DNA of 64,000 nucleotides from a bacterium (GTDB lineage Bacteria; Acidobacteriota; Blastocatellia; Pyrinomonadales; Pyrinomonadaceae): NCBI GenBank assembly GCA_040004575.1, contig JBDUAQ010000001.1, positions 9,486 to 73,485 of the forward strand, read 5' to 3'. Shown piece by piece: positions 54,126 to 64,000 of this stretch (position 1 is its first letter; each line of letters starts with the position of its first letter). The notes under the pieces were generated by a model. It saw only the letters and a program-made list of their open reading frames with translations, ran no database searches and was not told where the DNA came from. The position numbers and the translations under genes were made by a program.

Positions 54126-54232
54126 ATTCGGGCTTTCAAACTTCCGCAGCAGGGTATTGAAGCGAGCCTAGTGTCCAACTGTATCAACAGATTAGCGAAA
54201 GTCAGCGCCTTAGGCATGCATTAGTGCTTACC

Positions 54233-54262
54233 TTGACACCCTTTTAGGCTGGCCGCTATCAT
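54233..54262 (+). promoter_or_regulatory. Sigma-70-type promoter candidate upstream of ffh
   Basis: TTGACA (54233-54238), an 18-nt spacer, then TATCAT (54257-54262). It lies about 45 nt upstream of the ffh ATG. Confidence 0.35.
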
Positions 54263-54304
54263 CTTCGTTTCCGCCGCTGGCAGGAAACTTCGCCCGAGTG
54301 ATCT

Positions 54305-55807
54305 ATGTTTGAGTCCTTATCTGACAAGCTGAAACGGACTCTGAAGAATCTGCGCGGCGAAGGCGTGCTGACGAAGGAGCACGTTGACGCGGCGTTGCGC
54401 GAGATTCGTCTCGCCCTGCTTGAAGCCGACGTCAACTATAAAGTCGCTAAAGACTTTATAGCCTCTGTCAAGGAAAAGGCCGAAGGGCAGCAGGTTTGGC
54501 AGGAGCTTAAGCCTTCCGATCAGGTCGTCAAGATAGTTTATGACGAACTAGTAGATATGTTGGGAGGCCAATCCTCCCGGCTGGTTTTTACGAGGCAGAT
54601 CCCGAACGTAGTCATGATCGTGGGCCTGCAAGGCTCCGGCAAGACTACCTCGACCGGGAAAATCGCGCGCTGGCTGGCCGCGAATCAGGATCGCAAGCCG
54701 CTGCTGCTTTCCGTTGATGTCTACCGGCCGGCAGCTCGCGAGCAACTCAAGGTTATCGCCAGGGCAACTGGCCAACAGATCTTTGAACAGGCCGAAACGA
54801 ACGATCCGCTGACGCTGGTCCGCGAAGCCGTGAAGCACGCGCAACAGACAGGCTTTGATACGTTGCTGATTGATACCGCCGGTCGCTTGCACATCGACGA
54901 AGAGTTGATGGACGAGCTCGTCAATATCAAGAACGAAACGCACCCGGTTGAAATTCTGTTTGTGGCTGATGCCATGACTGGTCAGGATGCAGTTCGTTCA
55001 GCGGAAGAGTTTCACCGGCGGGTCGGGATCACTGGCGTAGTGCTCACCAAGATGGATGGCGATGCGCGTGGCGGCGCGGCACTTTCCATCAAGCAGGTCA
55101 TAGGTCAACCGGTAAAGTTTGTCGGAGTCGGCGAAAAATACGACGCGCTCGAGCCTTTTTATCCTGATCGGGTTGCCCAACGCATTCTGGGAATGGGCGA
55201 TGTGTTGTCGCTCATCGAAGAAGTTCAGTCGAAAGTCGATCAGTCTGAAGCCGAAGAACAGTTAAAGAAGCTTCAGAAGAACGAGTTCACGCTCGACGAC
55301 TTTCGCTCCCAACTTCGCCAGGTCAAGAAGCTTGGTTCTTTCTCAAAGATCATGAAGCTGCTTCCTGATCAACTCCTCGGCGGCATTGGCATGCCGCAGA
55401 TGGACGAAGAACAGTCGAAGCTGATGGAGAAGGAAATGAAACGCACCGAGTCGATCATCGACTCGATGACGCGCGAGGAGCGAACCGACCACCGGATCCT
55501 GAATGCCAATCGACGACGCAGAATAGCGCGCGGATCTGGAACACACGTCGCTGAGGTGAATAAACTCATCAAGCAGTACACCGAGATGCGACAGATGATG
55601 CGGCAGCTCACGAGTTCGGGGATGTTTGGCGGTAGCGGTCTGAAAGGCAAGATGATGCGGAAAATGGCCGGCATTCCAGATATGGCAGGCTTTGCTGGAA
55701 TGGGTGGCGATGGCGATGAGATGCCGTCTTTCCCATCGTCAGGCACGGCGCCTGCGGGGCCGTCAAGGAAAAAACTTAAGAAGAAGCGGAAGAAGAAACG
55801 ACGATAA
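54305..55807 (+). CDS. ffh: Signal recognition particle protein Ffh
   Basis: 500 aa. N domain, SRP54 GTPase (GLQGSGKTT, DTAGR, TKMDG), a Met-rich M domain, and an unusually long Lys/Arg tail (KKLKKKRKKKRR). Confidence 0.95.
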   Translation: MFESLSDKLKRTLKNLRGEGVLTKEHVDAALREIRLALLEADVNYKVAKDFIASVKEKAEGQQVWQELKPSDQVVKIVYDELVDMLGGQSSRLVFTRQIPNVVMIVGLQGSGKTTSTGKIARWLAANQDRKPLLLSVDVYRPAAREQLKVIARATGQQIFEQAETNDPLTLVREAVKHAQQTGFDTLLIDTAGRLHIDEELMDELVNIKNETHPVEILFVADAMTGQDAVRSAEEFHRRVGITGVVLTKMDGDARGGAALSIKQVIGQPVKFVGVGEKYDALEPFYPDRVAQRILGMGDVLSLIEEVQSKVDQSEAEEQLKKLQKNEFTLDDFRSQLRQVKKLGSFSKIMKLLPDQLLGGIGMPQMDEEQSKLMEKEMKRTESIIDSMTREERTDHRILNANRRRRIARGSGTHVAEVNKLIKQYTEMRQMMRQLTSSGMFGGSGLKGKMMRKMAGIPDMAGFAGMGGDGDEMPSFPSSGTAPAGPSRKKLKKKRKKKRR

Positions 55808-55812
55808 GATAA

Positions 55813-55846
55813 GAGTGATGAGTACTGAGTGATGAGTACTGAGTAC
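55813..55846. repeat. Tandem 14-bp direct repeat GAGTGATGAGTACT x2.4
   Basis: Lies directly after the ffh stop codon. Confidence 0.7.
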
Positions 55847-55875
55847 CGGAAATTGGGACAACTGGAGGTAAGGAT

Positions 55876-56142
55876 TTGTTAGCAATCAAACTGATGCGCA
55901 CCGGCGCAAAAAAGCGACCGTCATATCGAATTATTGTGAAGGAAAAACAATCGAAACGCGATGGCGCCTGTATCGAAAATCTGGGCACCTACAATCCAAC
56001 GCGCGAACCGGCGGAGATTAAGTTGGACATGGATCGCGTGCGTTACTGGCTGGAGAAAGGCGCGCAGCCGACCGAGACTGTTGGTCAACTGATCAAGGCG
56101 AGCGGTAAACAACAAGCAGCCGCAGCTCAGCCCGAAGCCTAA
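55876..56142 (+). CDS. rpsP: 30S ribosomal protein S16
   Basis: 88 aa. MLAIKLMRTGAKKRPSYRIIV matches the S16 N-terminus. TTG start with GGAGG Shine-Dalgarno. Confidence 0.9.
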   Translation: MLAIKLMRTGAKKRPSYRIIVKEKQSKRDGACIENLGTYNPTREPAEIKLDMDRVRYWLEKGAQPTETVGQLIKASGKQQAAAAQPEA

Positions 56143-56160
56143 AAGTCTTGGGCCAACAAT

Positions 56161-56391
56161 ATGAGAGAAGCCGTCGAGATGGTGGTTAAGTCATTAGTTG
56201 ACGATGTTGACGCGGTCGACGTGCGCGAAGTGGAGCAGCAGGGAGGCACGCTGATCGAAGTGCGTGTGGCCCAAAGCGACATGGGAAAGTTGATCGGACG
56301 GCAGGGACGAACCATACGCGCCTTGCGTTCGCTGGCTTACGCTGTGAGCTTGAAGAGAAAACATCGCTTCATGCTCGAAATTGTGGAATGA
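56161..56391 (+). CDS. KH domain RNA-binding protein (UPF0109/YlqC family)
   Basis: 76 aa with the GxxG motif in MGKLIGRQGRTIRALRSL. Conserved position between rpsP and rimM. Confidence 0.85.
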   Translation: MREAVEMVVKSLVDDVDAVDVREVEQQGGTLIEVRVAQSDMGKLIGRQGRTIRALRSLAYAVSLKRKHRFMLEIVE

Positions 56392-56927
56392 ATCCGCTGG
56401 GCCAGGAAAATGAAGGCGATCTGATTATTGTTGCTCGCGCAGTCCGGACGCGGGGCCTCAAAGGAGAGTTGCTCGCTGATGTTTTGACAGACTTTCCGGA
56501 ACGATTCGAACAGGTTGCTGAATTGACCGGCGTGAGTCCGAGCGGAGAGCGAAAGCAGTTTGAACTTGAGAACCACTGGTTTCAAAACGATCGGATGGTG
56601 CTGAAGTTCGCCGGTTACGACGGTATTGAAGCCGCGCAGGCGCTGGTGGGTTATGAGTTTGGTCTTCCGGAAGCAGAGCGAGTCGAGCTGGCGAAAGACG
56701 AGTTTTATGATTGGGAGCTCGAGGGTTGTTTAGTTGAGAGCACGCTCGGTCTGGCCATCGGCCAGGTTCGGGAAGTTATGAGAACCGGCGGTGTCGAGTT
56801 GCTGGTGATTGAGAATGAGGAGCGACGCGAAACCTTTGTTCCGATGGTCGCGTCGATCGTGATTGAGATCGATGTCTCCGGAAAGAAGATCCTAATCGAT
56901 CCGCCGGAAGGCCTTTTGGATTTGTAG
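56388..56927 (+). CDS. rimM: 16S rRNA processing protein RimM
   Basis: 179 aa. [26 protein letters not shown] and a PRC-barrel C-terminus. Overlaps the KH gene by 4 nt. Conserved operon position. Confidence 0.85.
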   Translation: MNPLGQENEGDLIIVARAVRTRGLKGELLADVLTDFPERFEQVAELTGVSPSGERKQFELENHWFQNDRMVLKFAGYDGIEAAQALVGYEFGLPEAERVELAKDEFYDWELEGCLVESTLGLAIGQVREVMRTGGVELLVIENEERRETFVPMVASIVIEIDVSGKKILIDPPEGLLDL

Positions 56928-56947
56928 TTATCTTTGAAATTTGTACT

Positions 56948-57646
56948 GTGCTGCGCTGCGACATCATTACCATCTTTCCGGAGTTTTTTCGCGAGGCGTT
57001 TGACTACGGGATTATTCGCAAGGCGCGAGCCGCCGGGTTGGTTGAGACAAAGGCGCATGATTTGCGCCGTTGGACCAGCGACAAGCATCACATCGTCGAC
57101 GACCGGCCGTTTGGTGGCGGCGAGGGCATGGTGCTCAAACCTGAACCGATATTTGCCGCCGTGCAGGAGCTGACAGGCAGCGGCAAGCGCGAAGAGTATG
57201 AGCCGCAAACCCGGGTAGTGCTGCTGTCGCCGCAGGGTCGAGTGTTCACGCAGGAAGTTGCGCAGGATCTTTCACAGAATGCGTCACAGATAGTTTTGAT
57301 TTGCGGACGCTATGAAGGCGTTGACGAACGCGTGGTTGAAGCGCTGGCGACTGATGAGATCTCGATAGGAGATTACGTTTTGTCGGGAGGTGAGCCGGCG
57401 GCGGTGGTGCTAATCGACGCAGTGGTGCGATTGTTACCGGGGGCACTGGGAAATGAAACGTCGGCGGCGAACGATTCATTTTCCGAAGGGCGTTTGGATC
57501 ACCCGCAATACACGCGACCGAATGAGTTTTCCGGAATGAGCGTTCCGGATGTGTTATTGACAGGTAATCACGGGGAGATCGCCCGCTGGCGCCGCGAAGC
57601 AGCGCTACGGAAAACCGAGCGGAATCGCCCCGACCTTTTGAAGTAA
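56948..57646 (+). CDS. trmD: tRNA (guanine37-N1)-methyltransferase TrmD
   Basis: 232 aa with [34 protein letters not shown] and [11 protein letters not shown] motifs. Confidence 0.95.
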   Translation: MLRCDIITIFPEFFREAFDYGIIRKARAAGLVETKAHDLRRWTSDKHHIVDDRPFGGGEGMVLKPEPIFAAVQELTGSGKREEYEPQTRVVLLSPQGRVFTQEVAQDLSQNASQIVLICGRYEGVDERVVEALATDEISIGDYVLSGGEPAAVVLIDAVVRLLPGALGNETSAANDSFSEGRLDHPQYTRPNEFSGMSVPDVLLTGNHGEIARWRREAALRKTERNRPDLLK

Positions 57647-57686
57647 TGGTTGTTCTGGACTTTCAGATTCTTATTGGAGTAATGAA

Positions 57687-58079
57687 ATGAATCGATTAGA
57701 TAGCATTGAAGAAACCCAACTGCGCGAGGGCATTCCTGATTTTCAATCGGGCGATACCGTACGAGTGCATGTTCGCATTAAGGAATCTGAGACGAAGGAA
57801 CGTTTGCAGGCGTTTGAAGGAGTAGTCATCGCTCGCAAACACGGTGGCGCGCGCGAGACAATCACCGTCCGCAAGACCAGCTTTGGCGTGGGCGTAGAGC
57901 GAATCTTTCCACTTCACGCCACGATCGTCGACCACATCGAAGTAGTGAAGCGAGGTCGCGTGCGCCGGGCTAAGCTTTATTACCTGCGTGGCTTGCGCGG
58001 AAAGGCGGCGCGCATTCGTGAACGCGACACGCGTGTTCGCCAGGGCGATACCGGAGCGGCGGCAGCAGCCAAGAAATAG
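57687..58079 (+). CDS. rplS: 50S ribosomal protein L19
   Basis: 130 aa. [15 protein letters not shown] ... [13 protein letters not shown] ... TVRK ... [18 protein letters not shown]. Confidence 0.95.
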   Translation: MNRLDSIEETQLREGIPDFQSGDTVRVHVRIKESETKERLQAFEGVVIARKHGGARETITVRKTSFGVGVERIFPLHATIVDHIEVVKRGRVRRAKLYYLRGLRGKAARIRERDTRVRQGDTGAAAAAKK

Positions 58080-58109
58080 TTTTTACGCGAATCCAGGAGC
58101 CGTAGGCGC

Positions 58110-59246
58110 TTGCGAATAGCAATTGACGCCCACTCAGTTGGGACTGGACTTGGCGGCAACGAAAGCTACGCAACGAATCTGATTGAAGCGCTAGCTGAGA
58201 TCGACCATGCAAATCGTTACACGCTATACGTTACGAAGCGCGCGGCGGTGGAGCGCTTCAGCAATCGATGGCCTAATTTTTCCGTTCGATCCACCCTGCC
58301 ACACACGCCGCTAATTCGCATTCCCCTGACTTTAAGCGCAGAGCTAAGACGAAACCCCGTAGATGTCCTCCACGTTCAGTTTACCTCTCCACCTTTTTCA
58401 CCTTGTCCCGTCGTAGTTAGTATTCACGATCTTTCGTTTGAACACCTGCCACACACTTTCAAGTGGCGCAGCCGCAAACAACTCCGGATTACCGTTCGCC
58501 GCTCGGCGCGAGAGGCTTCGCAAGTGATCGCGCTCTCGGAATACGCGCGGAACGACATCATCAACAGCTACCAGGTAAGTGCAGAAAAGATTAGCGCCAT
58601 ACCGCTGGCCGCCGCAGCTCACTTCAGGCCCATCACCAACGAGGAAGAACTGCAACGGGTTAGACAAACCTTCGGCATAGAAGGCGAGTACATACTGTCG
58701 GTCGGCGCCATTCAACCGCGCAAGAACCTGGGCCGTCTCGTGGCTGCTTACGCCTGCTTGCGCCGCGCCAAACCGGAGGTTAAGCTCCCCAAACTTGTGC
58801 TCGCGGGGAAATGCGCGTGGCTGTATGATGAAACGCTCCGCGCGATCAAAGAACTGCAGCTTAGTGATTCGGTAATCCTGACCGGCTATGTACCGGAAAG
58901 CGATTTGCCGGCCCTGTATTCAGCGGCGCTTTGTTTTGTCTACCCTTCCTATTTTGAAGGTTTTGGCCTGCCGCCGTTGGAGGCAATGCAGTGCGGCGTG
59001 CCGGTAATAGTGGGAAACCAGACCAGTTTGCCGGAAGTGGTTGGAGATGCCGGGGTACTTGTAGATCCATTTGACGTAGATGCCCTGGCCGCGGCAATTG
59101 GAAAAGTGATAAGTGATTCAAACTTACGTGCCGAGCTTAGCGTCCAGGGCCTGGCCCGCGCGAAACTCTTCAACTGGCGCGAGACTGCTCGTCAGACTTT
59201 GGCGGTTTACCGAAAAGCTTCCGGTGTTGACGGCCTAATAGGGTAA
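58110..59246 (+). CDS. Glycosyltransferase family 4 (GT-B, GT1-type C-terminal domain)
   Basis: 378 aa. MRIAIDAHSVG ... and the C-terminal EGFGLPPLEAMQCGVPVI motif. Confidence 0.85.
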   Translation: MRIAIDAHSVGTGLGGNESYATNLIEALAEIDHANRYTLYVTKRAAVERFSNRWPNFSVRSTLPHTPLIRIPLTLSAELRRNPVDVLHVQFTSPPFSPCPVVVSIHDLSFEHLPHTFKWRSRKQLRITVRRSAREASQVIALSEYARNDIINSYQVSAEKISAIPLAAAAHFRPITNEEELQRVRQTFGIEGEYILSVGAIQPRKNLGRLVAAYACLRRAKPEVKLPKLVLAGKCAWLYDETLRAIKELQLSDSVILTGYVPESDLPALYSAALCFVYPSYFEGFGLPPLEAMQCGVPVIVGNQTSLPEVVGDAGVLVDPFDVDALAAAIGKVISDSNLRAELSVQGLARAKLFNWRETARQTLAVYRKASGVDGLIG

Positions 59247-59288
59247 GATTAGTGGTGGCCGACACCCTAACGGATCGATTTCAGTTCT

Positions 59289-60458
59289 ATGCGCATCGCT
59301 ATTCTCGGAACGCGAGGCATTCCCGCCAGCTACGGCGGATTCGAAACCTTCGCCGAACATCTCTCGACCAGACTCGTAGCTCGCGGCCATGAGGTTACAG
59401 TGTATGGCCGAGCACACTACGTTTCACCGCGACAGTTGGAGTATCACGGTGTTCGACTGAAAGTGCTTCCGACCATTCGGCACAAGTATTTTGACACGGT
59501 CGTTCACTGTTTTCTTTCGGCGGTCCATGCGGTTTCGGCCCGGTTTGATGCAGCGTTAATCTGCAATGCAGCCAATGCTCCGTTTGCTCCTATCCTCCGG
59601 CTGACGGGCACGCCGATAGCGCTAAACGTCGACGGGCTTGAACATAAACGAAAAAAATGGGGTTGGTTGGGACGGAGTTACTATCTGGCCGCAGAGCGTT
59701 TGGCGACTATGTTGCCGAACGTCATGGTAACTGACGCGCAGGTTATTCAGGATTACTACCTGGCGCGCTATAACGCACCCTCGGAAATGATCACTTATGG
59801 ATCGGAAGTCGAGCGGCGTCCGGATCGTGCAGCGGTGCGGCGTTGGCGCGCTGAGCCGAACCGGTATGTGCTTTACGTTTCCCGGCTGGAACCGGAAAAC
59901 AATGCCCACCTTGTAATCGAAGCTTTCAAGCGAGTGCGTACCGCTTATCGTCTGCTGATAGTCGGCGATGCCCCTTACGCTCACGACTACATTAGAGACT
60001 TGAAAGAACGCGCGCGGGGCGACAAGCGCATAGTTTTTACAGGGTTCGTGTTCGGCCAGGACTATCGCGCCCTGCAACAGAATGCTTATTGTTACGTGCA
60101 TGCGACCGAAGTCGGCGGAACACATCCGGCGCTGCTGGAAGCAATGGGTTACGGCAACTGCGTCTTGACCCTGGCGACTCCCGAAAATATCGAGGCCGTT
60201 GGTGACGCCGGAATACCTTATGCGGACGAGGTTGATTTGGCGGAGAAACTACAACGAGTCTTGCGAGACGGATCTCTGGTGCAGAGTTATCGTAATCGGG
60301 CCCAGGTTAGAGTGCAGCGCTACTACGATTGGGATCGGGTTGTCGACCAGTATGAACGACTCTTTGCAGAGATGAGTGGAAAACTGGGAGAGATCCGCTC
60401 GTCGGTTTCTCCCGTTGAGTCTGTGTCGCAAAACGATGAGGTTCTTGTCAGCAAGTAG
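59289..60458 (+). CDS. Glycosyltransferase family 4 with DUF1972-type N-terminal domain
   Basis: 389 aa. MRIAILGTRGIPASYGGFETFAEHLSTRLVARGHEVTVY is the DUF1972 signature. C-terminal GGTHPALLEAMGYGNCVL. Confidence 0.8.
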   Translation: MRIAILGTRGIPASYGGFETFAEHLSTRLVARGHEVTVYGRAHYVSPRQLEYHGVRLKVLPTIRHKYFDTVVHCFLSAVHAVSARFDAALICNAANAPFAPILRLTGTPIALNVDGLEHKRKKWGWLGRSYYLAAERLATMLPNVMVTDAQVIQDYYLARYNAPSEMITYGSEVERRPDRAAVRRWRAEPNRYVLYVSRLEPENNAHLVIEAFKRVRTAYRLLIVGDAPYAHDYIRDLKERARGDKRIVFTGFVFGQDYRALQQNAYCYVHATEVGGTHPALLEAMGYGNCVLTLATPENIEAVGDAGIPYADEVDLAEKLQRVLRDGSLVQSYRNRAQVRVQRYYDWDRVVDQYERLFAEMSGKLGEIRSSVSPVESVSQNDEVLVSK

Positions 60459-60486
60459 TTCGAATTTGACTTGCTCAAAAGAGGGT

Positions 60487-60516
60487 GCCCCGCTAATCAT
60501 TTAAGATTAGCGGGGC
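60487..60516. terminator. 12-bp stem-loop GCCCCGCTAATC-atttaa-GATTAGCGGGGC
   Basis: Lies 29 nt after the glycosyltransferase stop. A T-rich tract follows on the minus-strand reading. Confidence 0.5.
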
Positions 60517-60800
60517 AAAACTTTGCGGCAGGTCCGGGTAACATAGGGGATGCAAAGAACTGGTAATCGTCCCTAAAAGGCCGATCCCGTGAACCAAGGG
60601 GGTGCGATCGCGGGTGAGATAAAGCCTGGCGGCATAGAAAAAATTACGCCGCGTACCTCTCAAAAGCACAAATTAGAATGAACTGCGTGACCAGTGTGCG
60701 AAATTATACTGATTTTGTGTGACGTGTCAAGCATAATTTGAGGAGACTTCTGTGACATTCAGGCGGCGGTTCGTTGGTCTGGCAATTGAAGCCGCGTGAG

Positions 60801-62000
60801 TCAATCTCCGGATCGGGTCTCAGAAAGGCGCGCAGCCTGGCGGCGAGTAGCTTCAGAAACATTTCTATTCTGAGTCAGGTTTTTCAGATCCTTGGTACGA
60901 ATTCGAGGCAGCGTAGTGAGCACTGTTGGGATCGGCGTGCGCGGGTTGCGCACAAGATTGTGAATGACGGGATAGGAACGAGCCCAGTTGTGATTCATGG
61001 CAATCAACCGCAGCACTTCATCAGACACAGTTCTCATGGCCGCAATGTTTTCCACTTCCTGATCGGTGACGCGCGGATTGTGAATTACAGCAGTGGCTAC
61101 CACTCTATTTGAGTCGCGAATCAGAATGCTACGGGCTTCGCGATCACCCTTCATGGCCAACTTCATCCGGTCTTTTACATTCATGAACATAACTTGTCGA
61201 ATCAAGGTTACACGTTCCGGAGGAAGCTCGCCCAGTTCCGTTCGTTCCGACTCGATCGCTCGCTTAAAGTTGGCAGCGCGTTCTTCCTGAGTCTCATCCT
61301 TCAGCTCTTCATAACGTTCTGCAGGCAGCCATGAATTGTCCAATTCATCGTCCGAGACCTCGATGTGCTGGGCAATCAACCAGGCATCGTCGACACTGAA
61401 ACCTCCGGTCAGGTCAGCACTCTCGAAAAACTCCGCGGCGGCGCTGTTTCCTTTGCTTCTCAGCTCCTGGGCAATCTGCTGCGCGCCTCGTTCCTTTTCA
61501 AAAAACTCTCGCGTTGTTTCTCGGGCGCGGCGTTCGGCTTCGCTGGAGCGATCTGAATTTGCGAGGATCGCGTCGATGATTTTCGGAAAGCGTATGAGTC
61601 GCTGCTGATTTGTGGCGATTAGATCCAGCAGGGAACTATCGGAACTAGACGCAGCCAAGTCAGCGATCGCCTCATCCGAAGTTGTGTTGTTTAGAATTAC
61701 CGCTTCGTGAAGGTCGCGACTGGGTGTTGAAAATGTGGCCAGGTAATCAAGTACTGCGGGCGAGGTTTGGTTGTCTTTGGCTGCGGTCAATAAGTCTTCC
61801 GCATCCTGCGACGCGAGTGTCTCGCTGGCTGCCGCGGCAATTTCAGGATCGTCCGTTGCCTTTAGCGCCACCAGCACTTCAAGCAAATCAGACTGCGGCA
61901 GTGGCAACAGTCCGCTGGCGGCCGCGAGCCTGGCCTGATGTGGTGCGGCGCCTTCTATGATCGCCTGCACTGCCGGATTCTTTGACTGAGTAGTGGTCAT
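60801..62000 (-). CDS. Hypothetical helical-repeat (HEAT/LRV-like) protein
   Basis: 399 aa, acidic and Ala/Leu-rich. Recurring NPR(T/V)(P/T) turns (VIHNPRVTDQEV, LVRNPRTPIPTV). No family recognised. Confidence 0.5.
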   Translation of the reverse strand: MTTTQSKNPAVQAIIEGAAPHQARLAAASGLLPLPQSDLLEVLVALKATDDPEIAAAASETLASQDAEDLLTAAKDNQTSPAVLDYLATFSTPSRDLHEAVILNNTTSDEAIADLAASSSDSSLLDLIATNQQRLIRFPKIIDAILANSDRSSEAERRARETTREFFEKERGAQQIAQELRSKGNSAAAEFFESADLTGGFSVDDAWLIAQHIEVSDDELDNSWLPAERYEELKDETQEERAANFKRAIESERTELGELPPERVTLIRQVMFMNVKDRMKLAMKGDREARSILIRDSNRVVATAVIHNPRVTDQEVENIAAMRTVSDEVLRLIAMNHNWARSYPVIHNLVRNPRTPIPTVLTTLPRIRTKDLKNLTQNRNVSEATRRQAARLSETRSGD

Positions 62001-62068
62001 TCGGAAACAGTAGCGGGGGACTAAAAACGACTAGTGGAGTTTACCCTATCTAACTAAATGCAGCGCGC

Positions 62069-62893
62069 TCAAAAGAGATTGAAGTTGTATTCGAGCTGGA
62101 TGTACATCGAAACGGGTCGGCCATCCTTAGTTGCCGGGATAAATTTGATCCGCCGAGCAGCGTTGATGGACATTAACGTGAGGCCGTGCGGTAAAACTGT
62201 CAACGGGCGAATAGCTCTCACCTTACCGTCCGCTGCAAAGATCGCCCTGAGAACGACTGTCCCCGTATCCCCATGCCGCCGCGCTTCCTCGCTGTATTCA
62301 GGCTCCGGCTTACTTAACACCCGAGCTTTTGTGGTGACTTCTTTCGGTGAGAATATCTGACGTTCGCCCTGGCTAGAGTTCTTGGGATCTGACACCTCAA
62401 CGAAATCGCGCAAGGATTCCACTCGATTGTTCCAGTCTTCCTGTTTCGACTTGGAAAGCTTTCCACTGAGTGCGATGTATTTCCGAGCACTCTGGGCCGC
62501 CAAAGAAAGTGGTTCATGGATTTCCTGAAACGAACGCGTTTGCTCGCGGGCGCCTAAGCTGAGGAAGAGAGATTCCAACAGTTCATCCCCCAATCTTGCT
62601 GCCCTTTCGTGAGCTTTTCGCGCGTCGGTTGTCTTGCCAAGACGTTCGAACGACAAACCAAGATAATGCCAGGCATGTAGGTTGGCTTTGTCTTTCTTCA
62701 CAGCCAGTTGCAGTGCTTTGATGGCCGCCAGGTCGTCACCCTTCTCATAAAGAGTAATGCCCTCTGAGGTTTCAGAAGTTGAGTTTGCCTGGACCTGCCA
62801 ATGGCTGTTGACCGATGGCCTGATGCTTGGAGTGAATACGCAGACGAGCGTTGTGGCTAACAGGAACAACCGCAAGTGACGTCGAGACACCAT
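62069..62893 (-). CDS. TonB C-terminal domain protein with N-terminal anchor and TPR region
   Basis: C-terminal PEPEYSEEARRHGDTGTVVLRAIFAADGKVRAIRPL ... is a TonB_C fold signature. I prefer the ATG at 62893; the ORF from 62920 would overlap the secA 3' end. Confidence 0.7.
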   Translation of the reverse strand: MVSRRHLRLFLLATTLVCVFTPSIRPSVNSHWQVQANSTSETSEGITLYEKGDDLAAIKALQLAVKKDKANLHAWHYLGLSFERLGKTTDARKAHERAARLGDELLESLFLSLGAREQTRSFQEIHEPLSLAAQSARKYIALSGKLSKSKQEDWNNRVESLRDFVEVSDPKNSSQGERQIFSPKEVTTKARVLSKPEPEYSEEARRHGDTGTVVLRAIFAADGKVRAIRPLTVLPHGLTLMSINAARRIKFIPATKDGRPVSMYIQLEYNFNLF

Positions 62894-62898
62894 GGCTT

Positions 62899-64000
62899 CT
62901 ACACCGCTGCCCCGTGGCACTTCTTATACTTCTTGCCTGAGCCGCATGGGCAGGGCTCGTTGCGACCGACCTTCGGTTGATCACGAACGACAGTTTTCAC
63001 CTTGCCGGCTTCTTCGCCGGCAGGAGCGGCGCCCTGGTTTGGTCCGGTGAACGTCATTGGCGTTGGCCGTCGTGGCAGACGAGGTCGACGCAAGGCTTCT
63101 GGGGGTTCGTCCGTAACGATGTGAAGGTTGAATAGCGACCGAATCGTGGAGGTGTCGATGCGATCAAGCATCTCCTGAAACATATCGAAGCTCTGCTTCT
63201 TATATTCGACCAGCGGATCCTTCTGGCCGTAGCCAACCAAGCCGATGCCTTGCTTCAGGTGATCCAGCGACAGGAGGTGATCCTTCCACTGCGCATCGAT
63301 GATGTTGAGCATGATGATGCGCTCGTAGGTGCGCATCGCTTCCGGTCCTATATGCTGTTCCTTGTCAGCGTATTTGACCTTCAGCTTTTCCCAGATCGCG
63401 TCGACTATTTCCTGGGTAGTGAAATTTGGAATATCAAGCCCTTCTGCATCGGCGTCGAAATCATAGATAGTCTTGATTTGGATCTTGTAGTTTTCGATGT
63501 CCCAATCGTCGGGCGAAACGTCCGGGTTCAAATACTGCTTCGTCAAATCGGAAAGCAAGTCGTAAGCAACGCCCGCCTGGGGCGGATCTCCCATCAGGTA
63601 TTCACGCTGATCCGGCACTTCCATCAACTGGCGGCGCAATCCGTAAATAGTCTCGCGCTGCTTGTTCATGACGTCGTCATACTCGAGCAGGTGTTTGCGT
63701 GATTCGAAGTTTCGTCCTTCTACTGACTTCTGCGCCGACTCGATGCGCTTGGAAACCATCTTCGACTCGATCGCGACGCCTTTCTCCATTCCCAGGCGTT
63801 GCATCAGAGCTTTTACTTTATCGCCGGCAAAGATGCGCATGAGGTCGTCTTCAAGCGACAGGAAGAAGCGCGACGAGCCGGGATCGCCCTGGCGTCCGGC
63901 ACGTCCACGAAGCTGATTATCGATGCGCCGGGATTCGTGCCGTTCAGTGCCTAAAATATGTAAGCCACCGATTCCAACGACCTCATTGTGTTCGTCTTCG
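62899..64000 (-). CDS. secA: Preprotein translocase ATPase SecA, C-terminal part (continues beyond the right window edge)
   Basis: The frame is open to nt 64000. It translates ...[44 protein letters not shown]... and ends with the zinc-binding tail [14 protein letters not shown]. Confidence 0.95.
   Translation of the reverse strand, partial: EDEHNEVVGIGGLHILGTERHESRRIDNQLRGRAGRQGDPGSSRFFLSLEDDLMRIFAGDKVKALMQRLGMEKGVAIESKMVSKRIESAQKSVEGRNFESRKHLLEYDDVMNKQRETIYGLRRQLMEVPDQREYLMGDPPQAGVAYDLLSDLTKQYLNPDVSPDDWDIENYKIQIKTIYDFDADAEGLDIPNFTTQEIVDAIWEKLKVKYADKEQHIGPEAMRTYERIIMLNIIDAQWKDHLLSLDHLKQGIGLVGYGQKDPLVEYKKQSFDMFQEMLDRIDTSTIRSLFNLHIVTDEPPEALRRPRLPRRPTPMTFTGPNQGAAPAGEEAGKVKTVVRDQPKVGRNEPCPCGSGKKYKKCHGAAV

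Noticed and set aside
60456-60480. GTTCGAAT motif resembling a tRNA T-loop at the end of the glycosyltransferase gene
   Set aside because: The flanking sequence forms only a 5-bp stem around a 12-nt loop, with no acceptor, D or anticodon arms. It is not a tRNA.
60520-60640. Possible SRP (4.5S) RNA or another known structured RNA, because of a CAGGTCCGG segment downstream of the ribosomal/ffh region
   Set aside because: The conserved SRP domain IV sequence (GGAAGCAGCC opposite AGGTC-type pairing) is not present, and I could not fold a convincing long helix by eye. I kept it only as a low-interest ORF-free gap.

Overview
This 64-kb window looks chromosomal and probably comes from an Acidobacteriota-like bacterium. 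That placement is inference from gene content: two very large TonB-dependent receptors with N-terminal carboxypeptidase-regulatory-like domains, a VWA protein of the type common in that phylum, and many 'junk' palindromic intergenic repeats. I found no rRNA, tRNA, CRISPR array, transposase or integrase. The layout from left to right is as follows. (1) 0-11.8 kb holds mixed housekeeping genes: TPR, CYTH, a lipoprotein, DUF2905, MFS, DoxX, Trx2-type thioredoxin, M61 peptidase and enoyl-CoA hydratase. (2) 11.8-23.5 kb holds two giant TBDR genes flanking an intact VWA gene and a decayed VWA paralog, with a consensus sigma-54 promoter in front of the second TBDR operon. (3) 23.9-29 kb holds DUF512, a methyltransferase, a cluster of small membrane proteins (unknown 4-TM, frameshifted CD225, zinc-ribbon-TM2, DUF2752) and DUF1028. 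(4) 29.0-30.0 kb holds an orphan phage-tail-tube-like gene with an unknown partner. (5) 30.3-45.9 kb is a same-strand polysaccharide locus: methyltransferases, epimerase, GT2, AsnB-type amidotransferase, a WbpD/B/E-like trio, DUF354, a priming sugar transferase and an O-antigen-ligase-like protein with an embedded PDZ domain. Almost every intergenic gap in this locus is filled by a palindromic repeat element. (6) 45.9-54.1 kb is a gene-poor island encoding a small signal-peptide protein made of five GDITGKP heptads behind a sigma-54-like promoter. Next to it sit a soluble TPR hybrid histidine kinase, a 1028-aa TPR sigma-54 activator and a phosphodiester glycosidase. (7) 54.3-64 kb holds ffh-rpsP-KH-rimM-trmD-rplS, two GT4 genes, and a secA / TonB_C-domain / helical-repeat operon. 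All calls come from reading the translations and the DNA by eye; no searches were run.
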